64,000 nucleotides of DNA from Veleropilina oligotropha (Eukaryota). Location: positions 62,001 through 126,000 of the forward strand of contig JBEUKZ010000130.1 in the NCBI GenBank assembly GCA_048128005.1, given 5' to 3'. How positions within the stretch are numbered: the first letter of the stretch is position 1; each line of letters starts with the position of its first letter. Under the pieces are notes generated by a model. That model searched no databases and was not told the origin of the DNA. It worked only from the letters and a program-made list of their open reading frames with translations. This document shows, one piece after another, positions 23,458 through 36,080 of the stretch. A program made the translations under genes and the position numbers.

Positions 23458-26400
23458 CACGATTACCCACCCTGCGCTTTCGCATTCCTCCCCTCTTACT
23501 AAGTTCCTTTGGGGTTCTGAACTTTGAATTGAGGTCTTGTTATCTCGAGCTCGGATATCTCGCGAGACTTGGCGAGATCTCGCCGGGGGAACTTAGAGAG
23601 GGGGAGCAGGGGAGGTGATCGTGGTGTGTTTTGACTTAATAAATGCATAAATGTGACTTTATTCACTGTTTCTGGTTGGCGATAATATGACTATTATGGC
23701 AAGAGTAAGGACGTAAGTATGTTTTATACTAATATTAGGTTTACTTAAAAACCTCATATACTACTCAACAGCTTAGAGCATGGGAAAATTTGTAAGCAAC
23801 AAGTGGTGCATTTCAGAACCCGTGACGTGAATGGCTTATATTCTAACACTTAAAGAGACTATTGCCCATAATTGCGCTTTTTTCGTGACTGTGTAGCATG
23901 ACTGATCACCCTCTATCGCGCAGATTGATACAAATTTCGCGAAGATATGATCGATATATGATCAAATGATAGACTTTTATTAGGGCTCCAACAGCTTCAG
24001 CTGGAGCCCTATTGTTTTTGCTATTTTGTTTATTAGGGCTCCAACAGCTTCAGCTGGAGCCCTATTGTTTTTGCTATTTTGTTTATTAGGGCTCCAACAG
24101 CTTCAGCTGGAGCCCTATTGTTTTTGCTATTTTGTTTATTATTATTATTATTATTATTATTCTTATTATTCCGGCTGAGTTTTGTACCAGTGATAACTTC
24201 CAAACCGCTTAAATCAAAAACTCTAAAATTGGTAAACATGTAGCTATGGTACTGAAGTTGTAACGCACTTAATTTCTGCTATGCGGCGCCACTGGCTTAG
24301 CGGCAATTAAGGTTTTTTCTTTAAAAAAACACCTTTTTATACCATCTTCTTCGCCCAAACGGCTGAAGTGAGGTACGCGATGTTCCTAAATAATGATCTT
24401 CACTATGTGAAGAAAAAAGTTTGAAAGCGAAAATGTTATCGGAACAAAATCAAGGCAGTTACGGCCATCTGAATCTCTCAATAATTTTGAAAAAATCACA
24501 CTTTTTTACATCGGCTATAACTCTTATTCTGCTTTAACTATAGTCTTCAACCTTCGCTGAGTGGTAGACGCTTTCTGTAAGTTAATTTTGCTACAAAGAA
24601 GATATTTCTGCGTGATGTGGTTAAGCCGCCATCTTGGATTGTTTGAAAAACTTCAAACGTCATTTTCCCTGCAGTCGTCTGTCCGATCACAATGAAACTT
24701 CGTAGGTGGGAACGTTGTGTTATGTTCTTATAAATGTATAATAAACCAAAAAATAACAGTATGAAAATATTAAGAGCAAAAGTCATTTGAAATTTAAAAT
24801 TTCAATTAGTCGTATCTTCCTTAATATTTAATTATTTGAAACGAAATAAAGTTCATTATGAACACATCAAATTTATCTAACGCAATATATAAAAAAGCTA
24901 TCACTTATTTAAGGTAATTTAAAGGTATAGACATTTTTTGACATCATTTTGTAACTGCTATAACTTAGGTTGTACGGGGACCATCAAGTGGTAAATTTAA
25001 CACTAGTGCCATCTTAGGGGAAATAATATATATGCATATTTTCGAATAGCTGGCACTGGTAATACTGCAAAAAGACAGTGTATTTTTTATGTAGTGACTA
25101 TATCTGGCTGGCTTAAAGTAATTTATTACCCTGTGTCAACAAAGCCCCATGGTCTTGTATTGACATTATGGCCACCTAGCATTTATGATGTTATCATCAA
25201 TGAAGTTGTGGAATTTTATGATCTGGTCTTGCAGATGTCGTAAAGGCTGTCTGGTGTAGGCAGTTTATGATGCTGATTACTCAGTCCCAGTGACCAGTTC
25301 TATATATTTAGGGCTCCAAGCTTTAGCTCGCTTGGAGCCCTATTGATATTATCCGTTTTGTTATTATTATTAATCCGCCGATTTTTGTGGCAAGGATACT
25401 CAATAACGGCTACAGCTACAGGCTTCATATTTGGTATATAGGTGCATATAGTGGTGATGCTGAAACGTGAATTTTTTTTTTTCGGTGGTGGCGGTGGTTT
25501 GGCCGCCATCTTGGATTTTGATCGAAATTTCAGCACTTTTAAACAATCTTCTTCTCCGAAACGGCTGAAGCGATCGGTTTGAAATTTGGTGAGGGTCTCT
25601 AGTACTAGTATAGCTATTTATATTGCGTGGGATTAGTGCTTCCGGTCACGTGGTACGGGTGGGTTTGGCGGATATCTTGTTTGACTTAATTCAAATAATG
25701 ACCAACAAAGTCGGCTGTAACACCCCACTTGTCAGCGACAAAGTTGTAGCATAGATCCTTAGACATAACTATTTGCAATTTCCGGTTTCTGGGGTGAGCG
25801 GTTCACTTCCGATAGAGCAACCCATTTATGAAATCACATAATTTCTACTTTCACTTTCTAACTTCTTTAATTTTTAACTATATGAAACGCAAAACAATTT
25901 ATTGGTTCATATCAAAGTTATCAAATATAATATGAATAATAAACATCACTAAAATGAGTTTTTTTGAAGTTATTAAGCAATGATCTTTGATATTATAGAC
26001 CTCAATAACGTCGCTTGTAAACATCATAATGAATTAAATTTTTCAGGGATATTATACTTTATTAAGATCATTATATGTGGAAATTTTGGTATGTATATCA
26101 TCAATATCTCTGACTTTATCAGACAACTGTTTTATTATCAGTAAGGCTATTACAGCCAGCTGTTGCAGAGGTCATAAAATCTGCCCGCTCCCAGTCATTT
26201 ATGGTCTTGTTTCATTAAGAGCCAATTAAGGACAGCCACGGATCACATAAGACACAGGCAACAACAGTCATAAAACCCTGCAGAAGGAAAAATATTCTGG
26301 AATCGCATCATTTCTACTTTCACTTTACAGAAAGTGACTTGGACGACTTGGACGCCATTACTGAAAATGTTTCAAGGGGCTATATCTTGTAAACGCTGCA

Positions 26401-29083
26401 TCTTAGACATATAGTTACTATGGGGAGGTTATGGGAAGTCATGGGTAAACTTTCGAAAATGACCTTGACCTTTGACCTCAGTGACCTAATTAGCGAAAAT
26501 TTGCCGAACTCGGAAAAACGCGAGGGGATGGAGTGCAATGGGTAGTGGGGACGTATTTGACATCGCATTTCCAAGATGGCGGAAATCGGACGCCATTATG
26601 GACATTGTTTCAAAGGGCTGTAACTTGTAAACGGTGCATCTTAGACATATAGTTACAATGGGGAGCCTATGGGAAGTCATGGGTAAGCTTTCGAAAATGA
26701 CCATGACCTTTGACCTCAGATGACCCAGTTAGCTGTAATTGACCTAATTCCATGCTTTTGAAGATAGAAAGCTGAAATTTGGCTTATAGGTATATGTGAT
26801 GTTTATTAAGAGCCTGTAAACTTTTCAGCTAGGTGGCGCCACTGGTTATGCAGTAATTGACCTAATTCGATGATATGGCGGATAGAAAGGTGAAATTTGG
26901 TTTGTAGGTAGATATGGTGTTTATTAAGCGCCTGTACATTTTTCAGCTAGGTGGCGCCACTGGTTCGGCAGTAATTGACCTAATTCGAAGATTTTTGGGG
27001 TAGAAAGCTGAAATTTGGTTTGCAGGTAGATATGGTGTTTATTAAGCGCCTGTAAACTTTTCAGCTAAGTGGCGCCACTGTTTCGGCAGTAATTGACCTA
27101 ATTCGATGATATGGCGGGTAGAAAGCTGAAATTTGGTGTGTGGGTAGATGCTGTGTTTGCGAGTGCCTGTAAACTGGTCCCTGAATTGGAGCCCTAACAG
27201 CTGCTTGCAGCTTTAATTATTATTATTATTATTATTATTATTCTTATTATTCCGGCTGAGTTTGTACCAGTGATAACTTCCAAACCGCTTAAATCAAAAA
27301 CTCTAAAAATGGTAAACATGTAGGTATGGTACTGAAGTTGAATCGCACTTAATTTCTGCTATGCGGCGCCACTGTCTTAGCGGCAATTAAGGTTTTTTCT
27401 TTAAAAAAGCACCTTTTTATACCATCTTCTTCGGCCAAACGGCTGAAGTGAGGTACGCGATGTTCCTAAATAATGATCTTCACTATGTGAAGAAAAAAGT
27501 TTGAAAGCGAAAATGTTATCGGAACAAAAGCAAGGCAGTTACGGCCATCTGAATCTCTCAATAATTTTGAAAAAATCACACTTTTTTACATCGGCTATAA
27601 CTCTTATTCTGCTTTAACTATAGTCTTCAACCTTCGCTGAGTGGTAGACGCTTTCTGTAAGTTAATTTTGCTACAAAGAAGATATTTCTGCGTGATGTGG
27701 TTAAGCCGCCATCTTGGATTGTTTGAAAAACTTCAAACGTCATTTTCCCTGCAGTCGTCTGTCCGATCACAATGAAACTTCGTAGGTGGGAACGTTGTGT
27801 TATGTTCTAATAAATGTATAATAAACCAAAAAATAACAGTATGAAAATATTAAGAGCAAAAGTCATTTGAAATTTAAAATTTCAATTAGTCGTATCTTCC
27901 TTAATATTTAATTATTTGAAACGAAATAAAGTTCATTATGAACACATCAAATTTATCTAACGCAATATATAAAAAAGCTATCACTTATTTAAGTTAATTT
28001 AAAGATATAGACATTTTTTGACATCATTTTGTAACTGCTATAACTTAGGTTGTACGGGGACCATCAAGTGGTAAATTTAACACTAGTGCCATCTTAGGGG
28101 AAATAATATATATGCATATTTTCGAATAGCTGTGACTGGTAATACTGCAAAAAGACAGTGTATTTTTTATGTAGTGACTATATCTGGCTGGCTTAAAGTA
28201 ATTTATTACCCTGTGTCAACAAAGCCCCATGGTCTTGTATTGACATTATGGCCACCTAATTACTTTGTATCAATAAACTGTGGCCATGGCACTGCCTGCA
28301 GAGATATAAGAAATTAGTATGTCGTAAAAACTAGAGGTTTAGTTCTGCTCTAACTCCTAAATAACTTAGCTGTAACTAGGACTATGAACTTGAAATTTAA
28401 ATACAATACGCATCACATTTCTGTGAATTCGTATGTTCAATTTCATAGCGCTATGACTGGTGGTTCAATATTAAAACAGTTTATTTTTTGCGTTCAGTCA
28501 GAAGAATTGAACTGCATTAATTGCTTTAATTGCTTGAATGCAAGCAGTCGATAGTATCCAGCGACTCTAAATTAGTTTATGAGCTCTATGGCCGGCTTGT
28601 GGCCACTGCAGGCAGATAAATCAGCAATTAGCAGGTCGTAAACCTGGACAGAGAGAGATAGAAGTTATCTTAAAGTGCTCTCCAAACTACAATAGTTAAT
28701 TTTGACCATTTTCGGACCGTTTTAGCTCAGAAATTGGCTCCTTATTGCGTTGCTGACACCAATAATTTTACCATATACTGTAAATGACTTTATTTTCGAG
28801 GGTATCAATTTTCGTGGTTTTGCTTAAAAAGACATTTTCGAGGGCTCCTAATTTCGTGGATTCCATATTTTGAAAATCAATAAAATATATATAATATATA
28901 GGCCTACTTCTGGGCCCCGTTTCACAAAAAATCGTAGACGTAAACGTAAACGTAATAGAATCTTACGACAATTTTGATTGGCTGTTAAACTTAAACAGCC
29001 AATCAAAAGTAATTTCAGTTGAACGCATTTGACAATCGACGCAAACGTTTGATATTGCTGAGCAGCTGATCCCTTTGACCGCA

Positions 29084-30300
29084 TACTGTAGAATCATTAA
29101 TTTTCGTGGGGTACCAATTTTCGTGGTTTTCGTGGGTAGGCTAAACCACGAATTTAAAGTCCCAACGAAATATGCGTCGCCCAGTCAGTTTTAATCTTGG
29201 ATATCCGTTGGCGGCCATTTTGGAAATGGTGAACATTTAAAACAAGACGAAATAGATACTACTAAATTTTATGTTAATGCTATCTTATATACATAGTTTT
29301 GTACATATATATATCAAGGGATAAAATTATAGATATTTACAGATAAATATGCGTACATTAAATACTTCTGATACTTGCATGTATCAGTAACTGTGATAAG
29401 TTGGTGTTATAAAAACACCATTTAATTGGTAATTAGTCCAGTTTCGGCAAATCCATTCGAAATCAATTGCCTGCGTTGCGTCACTTCCTTGTGAGCATAA
29501 ATAATCCAGTTGACATGAATGGGTTTCAGTGTGGACGCCAGACCCTCTCAAAATGTCTTTGTATTCTTTGTTAACCGTTAAATCCAACGGCTGAAGCTGT
29601 TATGTCGGGGCAACAAGCCGGAACGAACAAAAGGATAATTCCGTTATCCTTTTATTAGTAGGGTCAGTAAGTTCTCCTCTGGGTGAGCGTTTGGAAGATT
29701 TGTCAGATTGTCAACTCATATAAACAAAAATAAAACTTATTATAATATAAATGTCAAAAACCCGTTTAATAATAGTAAACGTCTATCAATCTACTTTTTA
29801 TTCTACTCATTACACTTCGTACGTTTCCGATATCGGCGGAAATAACCGATGTTTTTATCCATATAATGTTCTCCTTTAGCACTGTTACTGATTTGCCGAA
29901 ATAATTATAAGAGCGGTGTACATTTTGTATAAAAACAAAAGTCGATATTACTAACGGTATGTTACTATGTTTACCTGTTTTTTTAATTTGACGAATTGGT
30001 CCCTCATACTGCGTACTGATGATTCGCTGACTTTTTTACCAAAGTCTGTCGTAAACTTCCGAGCGGCTTTCGCAACACTGTTGTCGATATAATAGTGGGT
30101 AATCTTAGCACGCATTTCAAGGTGAACGTTACATAATGCTGGCGGTACTTTGTTTTTCTTTCCTCTTGTTAAATGTGTTAGTTGGTAATCTTTCATGGAA
30201 TTAGCTGGCGTAATCACGTTCAGTGAGTGCTAATCAGATTTTAAGATTAAGCTTAGGATTATAAAAAAACACTCGGAGCGTCAGTGTCGGTATTGTCTTT
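29084..30300 (-). pseudogene. Decayed pogo-like (Tc1/mariner) transposon fragment
   Basis: RAKITHYYIDNSVAKAARKF..VSESSVRSMR (HTH-like) and FVPAC..LQPLDLTVNKEYKD (DDE_1-type motif); TIR-like TACTGTAG..TTTTCGTGG end. Confidence 0.7.
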
Positions 30301-33249
30301 CATCTCAAATTGCATTTTCAATTTGTCGTAACTTGACAAGCACAGTACTAAATTGCCAGTTTCATCTGAATCTCTCAATAATTTTGAAAAAATCACACTT
30401 TTTTATTTCAGCGGTCACCATTATCCGATTTAAGTGAAATTTTCACTGAAACTATACTGTATTAAGATCATTTTAATTGGAAATTTTGGCATGCATATGA
30501 TCAATATTTTTTATGTTTATAAGACATATTTTTATTCCTACTACAGTCTTAGGAAGGCGATTACAGCATTTATGATGTTATCATGAATGAAGTTGTGGCA
30601 TTTTATGATCTGGTCTTGCAGATGTCGTAAAGGCTGCCTGGTGTAGGCAGTTTATGATGCTGATTTATTGACTCTACACGCATGTACTCAGTCCCAGTGA
30701 CCAGTTCTATATATTTATAATTATCATTATTTATTTTCTCTCCTTTTTCCCACCAGCTGACTTGGACGCCATTACTGAAAATGTTTAAAGGGGCTATATC
30801 TTGTAAACGGTGCATCTTAGACATATAGTTACTATGGGGAGCTTATGGGAAGTCATGGGGAAACTTTCGAAAATGACCTTGACCTTTGACCTCAGTGACC
30901 TAATTAGCGAAAAATTGCCGAACTCGGAAAAACGCAGGGGATGGAATGCAATGGGTAGTGGGAACGTATTTGACATCGCATTTCCAAGATGGCGGAAATC
31001 GGACGCCATTATGGAAATTGTTTCAAGGGGCTGTATCTTGTAAACGGTGCATCTTAGACATGTAGTTACAATGGGGAGCCTATGGGAAGTCATGGGTAAG
31101 CTTTCACAAATGACCATGACCTTTGACCTCAGATGACCCAGTTAGCTGTAATTGACCTAATTCCATGATTTTGGGGGTAGAAAGCTGAAATTTGGTTTGC
31201 AGGTAGATATGGTGTTTATTAAGCGCCTGTACATTTTTCCAGCTAGGTGGCGCCACTGGTTCGGCAGTAATTGACCTAATTCCATGATTTTGGGGGTAGG
31301 AAGCTGAAATTTGGTTTGCAGGTAGATATGGTGTTTATTAAGCGCCTGTACATTTTTCAGCTAGGTGGCGCCACTGGTTCGGCAGTAATTGACCTAATTC
31401 GATGATATGGCAGGTAGAAAGCTGAAATTTGGTGTGTGGGTAGTTGCTGTGTTTGCGAGTGCCTGTAAACGGGTCCCTGAATTGGAGCCCTCACAGCTGC
31501 TTGCAGCTTTAATTATTATTATTCTTATTATTCCGGCTGAGTTTGTACCAGTGATAACTTCCAAACCGCTTAAATCAAAAACTCTAAAATTGGTAAACAT
31601 GTAGCTATGGTACTGAAGTTGTTTCGCACTTAAGTTCTGCTATGCGGCGCCACTGGCTTAGCGGCAATTAAGGTTTTTTCTTTAAAAAAGCACCTTTTTA
31701 TACCATCTTCTTCGGCCAAACGGCTGAAGTGAGGTACGCGATGTTCCTAAATAATGATCTTCACTATGTGAAGAAAAAAGTTTGCGATCGAAAATGTTAT
31801 CGGAACAAAAGCAAGGCAGTTACGGCCATCTGAATCTCTCAATAATTTTGAAAAAATCACACTTTTTTACATCGGCTATAACTCTTATTCTGCTTTAACT
31901 ATAGTCTTCAACCTTCGCTGAGTGGTAGACGCTTTCTGTAAGTTAATTTTGCTACAAAGAAGATATTTCTGCGTGATGTGGTTAAGCCGCCATCTTGGAT
32001 TGTTTGAAAAACTTCAAACGTCATTTTCCCTGCAGTCGTCTGTCCGATCACAATGAAACTTCGTAGGTGGGAACGTTGTGTTATGTTCTTATAAATGTAT
32101 AATAAACCAAAAAATAACAGTATGAAAATATTAAGAGCAAAAGTCATTTGAAATTTAAAATTTCAATTAGTCGTATCTTCCTTAATATTTAATTATTTGA
32201 AACGAAATAAAGTTCATTATGAACACATCAAATTTATCTAACGCAATATATAAAAAAGCTATCACTTATTTAAGTTAATTTAAAGACATAGACATTTTTT
32301 GACATCATTTTGTAACTGCTATAACTTAGGTTGTACGGGGACCATCAAGTGGTAAATTTAACACTAGTGCCATCTTAGGGGAAATAATATATATGCATAT
32401 TTTCGAATAGCTGCGACTGGTAATACTGCAAAAAGACAGTGTATTTTTTATGTAGTGACTATATCTGGCTGGCTTAAAGTAATTTATTACCCTGTGTCAA
32501 CAAAGCCCCATGGTCTTGTATTGACATTATGGCCACCTAATTACTTTGTATCAATAAACTGTGGCCATGGCACTGCCTGCAGAGATATAAGAAATTAGTA
32601 TGTCGTAAAAACTAGAGGTTTAGTTCTGCTCTAACTCCTAAATAACTTAGCTGTAACTAGGACTAGGAACTTGAAATTTAAATACAATACGCATCACATT
32701 TCTGTGAATTCGTATGTTCAATTTCATAGCGCTATGACTGGTGGTTCAATATTAAAACAGTTTATTTTTTGCGTTCAGTCAGAAGAATTGAACTGCATTA
32801 ATTGCTTTAATTGCTTGAATGCAAGCAGTCAATAGTATCCAGCGACTCTAAATTAGTTTATGAGCTCTATGGCCGGCTTGTGGCCACCGCAGGCAGATAA
32901 ATCAGCAATTAGCAGGTCGTAAACCTGGACAGAGAGAGATAGAAGTTATCTTAAAGTGCTCTCCAAACTACAATAGTTAATTTTGACCATTTTCGGACCG
33001 CTTTAGCTCAGAAATTGGCTCCTTATTGCGTTGCTGACACCAATAATTTTACCATATACTGTAAATGACTTTATTTTCGAGGGTATCAATTTTCGTGGTT
33101 TTGCTTAAAAAGACATTTTCGAGGGCTCCTAATTTCGTGGATTCCATATTTTGAAAATCAATAAAATATATATAATATATAGGCCTACTTCTGGCAATTT
33201 AGTACTGTGCTTGTCAAGTTACGACAAATTGAAAATGCAATTTGAGATG

Positions 33250-34467
33250 AAAGACAATACCGACACTGACGCTCCGAGTGTTTTTTTATAATCCTAAGCT
33301 TAATCTTAAAATCTGATTAGCACTCACTGAACGTGATTACGCCAGCTAATTCCATGAAAGATTACCAACTAACACATTTAACAAGAGGAAAGAAAAACAA
33401 AGTACCGCCAGCATTATGTAACGTTCACCTTGAAATGCGTGCTAAGATTACCCACTATTATATCGACAACAGTGTTGCGAAAGCCGCTCGGAAGTTTACG
33501 ACAGACTTCGGTAAAAAAAGTCAGCGAATCATCAGTACGCAGTATGAGGGACCAATTCGTCAAATTAAAAAAACAGGTAAAGATAGTAACATACCGTTAG
33601 TAATATCGACTTTTGTTTTTATACAAAATGTACACCGCTCTTATAATTATTTCGGCAAATCAGTAACAGTGCTAAAGGAGAACATTATATGGATAAAAAC
33701 ATCGGTTATTTCCGCCGATATCGGAAACGTACGAAGTGTAATGAGTAGAATAAAAAGTAGATTGATAGACGTTTACTATTATTAAACGGGTTTTTGACAT
33801 TTATATTATAATAAGTTTTATTTTTGTTTATATGAGTTGACAATCTGACAAATCTTCCAAACGCTCACCGAGAGGAGAACTTACTGACCCTACTAATAAA
33901 AGGATAACGGAATTATCCTTTTGTTCGTTCCGGCTTGTTGCCCCGACATAACAGCTTCAGCCGTTGGATTTAACGGTTAACAAAGAATACAAAGACGTTT
34001 TGAGAGGGTCTGGCGTCCACACTGAAACCCATTCATGTCAACTGGATTATTTATGCTCACAAGGAAGTGACGCAACGCAGGCAATTGATTTTGAATGGAT
34101 TTGCCAAAACTGGACTAATTACCAATTAAATGGTGTTTTTATAACACCAACTTATCACAGTTACTGATACATGCAAGTATCAGAAGTATTTAATGTACGC
34201 ATATTTATCTGTAAATATCTATAATTTTATCCCTTGATATATATATGTACAAAACTATGTATATAAGATAGCATTAACATAAAATTTATTAGTATCTATT
34301 TCGTCTTGTTTTAAATGTTCACCATTTCCAAAATGGCCGCCAACGGATATCCAAGATTAAAACTGACTGGGCGACGCATATTTCGTTGGGACTTTAAATT
34401 CGTGGTTTAGCCTACCCACGAAAACCACGAAAATTGGTACCCCACGAAAATTAATGATTCTACAGTA
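33250..34467 (+). pseudogene. Inverted second copy of the pogo-like fragment
   Basis: 33191-34542 is the reverse complement of 29009-30359. Confidence 0.75.
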
Positions 34468-36043
34468 TGCGGTCAAAGGGATCAGCTGCTCAGCAATATC
34501 AAACGTTTGCGTCGATTGTCAAATGCGTTCAACTGAAATTACCGTAAATCAAAAACTCTAAAAATGGTAAACATGTAGGTATGGTACTGAAGTTGAATCG
34601 CACTTAATTAGCGGCAATGAAGGTTTTTTCTTTAAAAAAGCACCTTTTTATACCATCTTCTTCGGCCAAACGGCTGAAGTGAGGTACGCGATGTTCCTAA
34701 ATAATGATCTTCACTATGTGAAGAAAAAAGTTTGGAAGCGAAAATGTTATCGGAACAAAAGCAAGGCAGTTACGGCCATCTGAATCTCTCAATAATTTTG
34801 AAAAAATCACACTTTTTTATTTCAGCGGTCACCATTATCCGATTTAAGTGAAATTTTCACTGAAACTATACTGTATTAAGATCATTTTAATTGGAAATTT
34901 TGGCATGCATATGATCAATATTTTTTATGTTTATAAGACATATTTTTATTCCTACTACAGTCTTAGGAAGGCGATTACAGCATTTATGATGTTATCATGA
35001 ATGAAGTTGTGGCATTTTATGATCTGGTCTTGCCGATGTCGTAAAGGCTGCCTGGTGTAGGCAGTTTATGATGCTGATTTATTGACTCTACACGCATGTA
35101 CTCAGTCCCAGTGACCAGTTCTATATATTTATAATTATCATTATTTATTTTCTCTCCTTTTTCCCACCAGCTGACTTGGACGCCATTACTGAAAATGTTT
35201 AAAGGGGCTATATCTTGTAAACGGTGCATCTTAGACATATAGTTACTATGGGGAGCTTATGGGAAGTCATGGGGAAACTTTCGAAAATGACCTTGACCTT
35301 TGACCTCAGTGACCTAATTAGCGAAAAATTGCCGAACTCGGAAAAACGCAGGGGATGGAATGCAATGGGTAGTGGGAACGTATTTGACATCGCATTTCCA
35401 AGATGGCGGAAATCGGACGCCATTATGGAAATTGTTTCAAGGGGCTGTATCTTGTAAACGGTGCATCTTAGACATGTAGTTACAATGGGGAGCCTATGGG
35501 AAGTCATGGGTAAGCTTTCAAAAATGACCATGACCTTTGACCTCAGATGACCCAGTTAGCTGTAATTGACCTAATTCCATGATTTTGGGGGTAGAAAGCT
35601 GAAATTTGGTTTGCAGGTAGATATGGTGTTTATTAAGCGCCTGTACATTTTTCCAGCTAGGTGGCGCCACTGGTTCGGCAGTAATTGACCTAATTCCATG
35701 ATTTTGGGGGTAGGAAGCTGAAATTTGGTTTGCAGGTAGATATGGTGTTTATTAAGCGCCTGTACATTTTTCAGCTAGGTGGCGCCACTGGTTTGGCAGT
35801 AATTGACCTAATTCGAAGATTTTTGGGGTAGAAAGCTGAAATTTGGTTTGCAGGTAGATATGGTGTTTATTAAGCGCCTGTAAACTTTTCAGCTAAGTGG
35901 CGCCACTGGTTCGGCAGTAATTGACCTAATTCGATGATATGGCGGGTAGAAAGCTGAAATTTGGTGTGTGGGTAGATGCTGTGTTTGCGAGTGCCTGTAA
36001 ACTGGTCCCTGAATTGGAGCCCTCACAGCTGCTTGCAGCTTTA

Positions 36044-36080
<37 letters not shown>

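Larger units (their letters stand above)
16874..23759 (+). mobile_element. Full-length but decayed DIRS1-type retrotransposon, copy C (related subfamily)
   Basis: Left ITR 16874-~17088, ICR 23367-23457, right ITR ~23520-23759, TAT at both ends; fragmented gag, pol and YR homologous to A/B. Confidence 0.95.
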
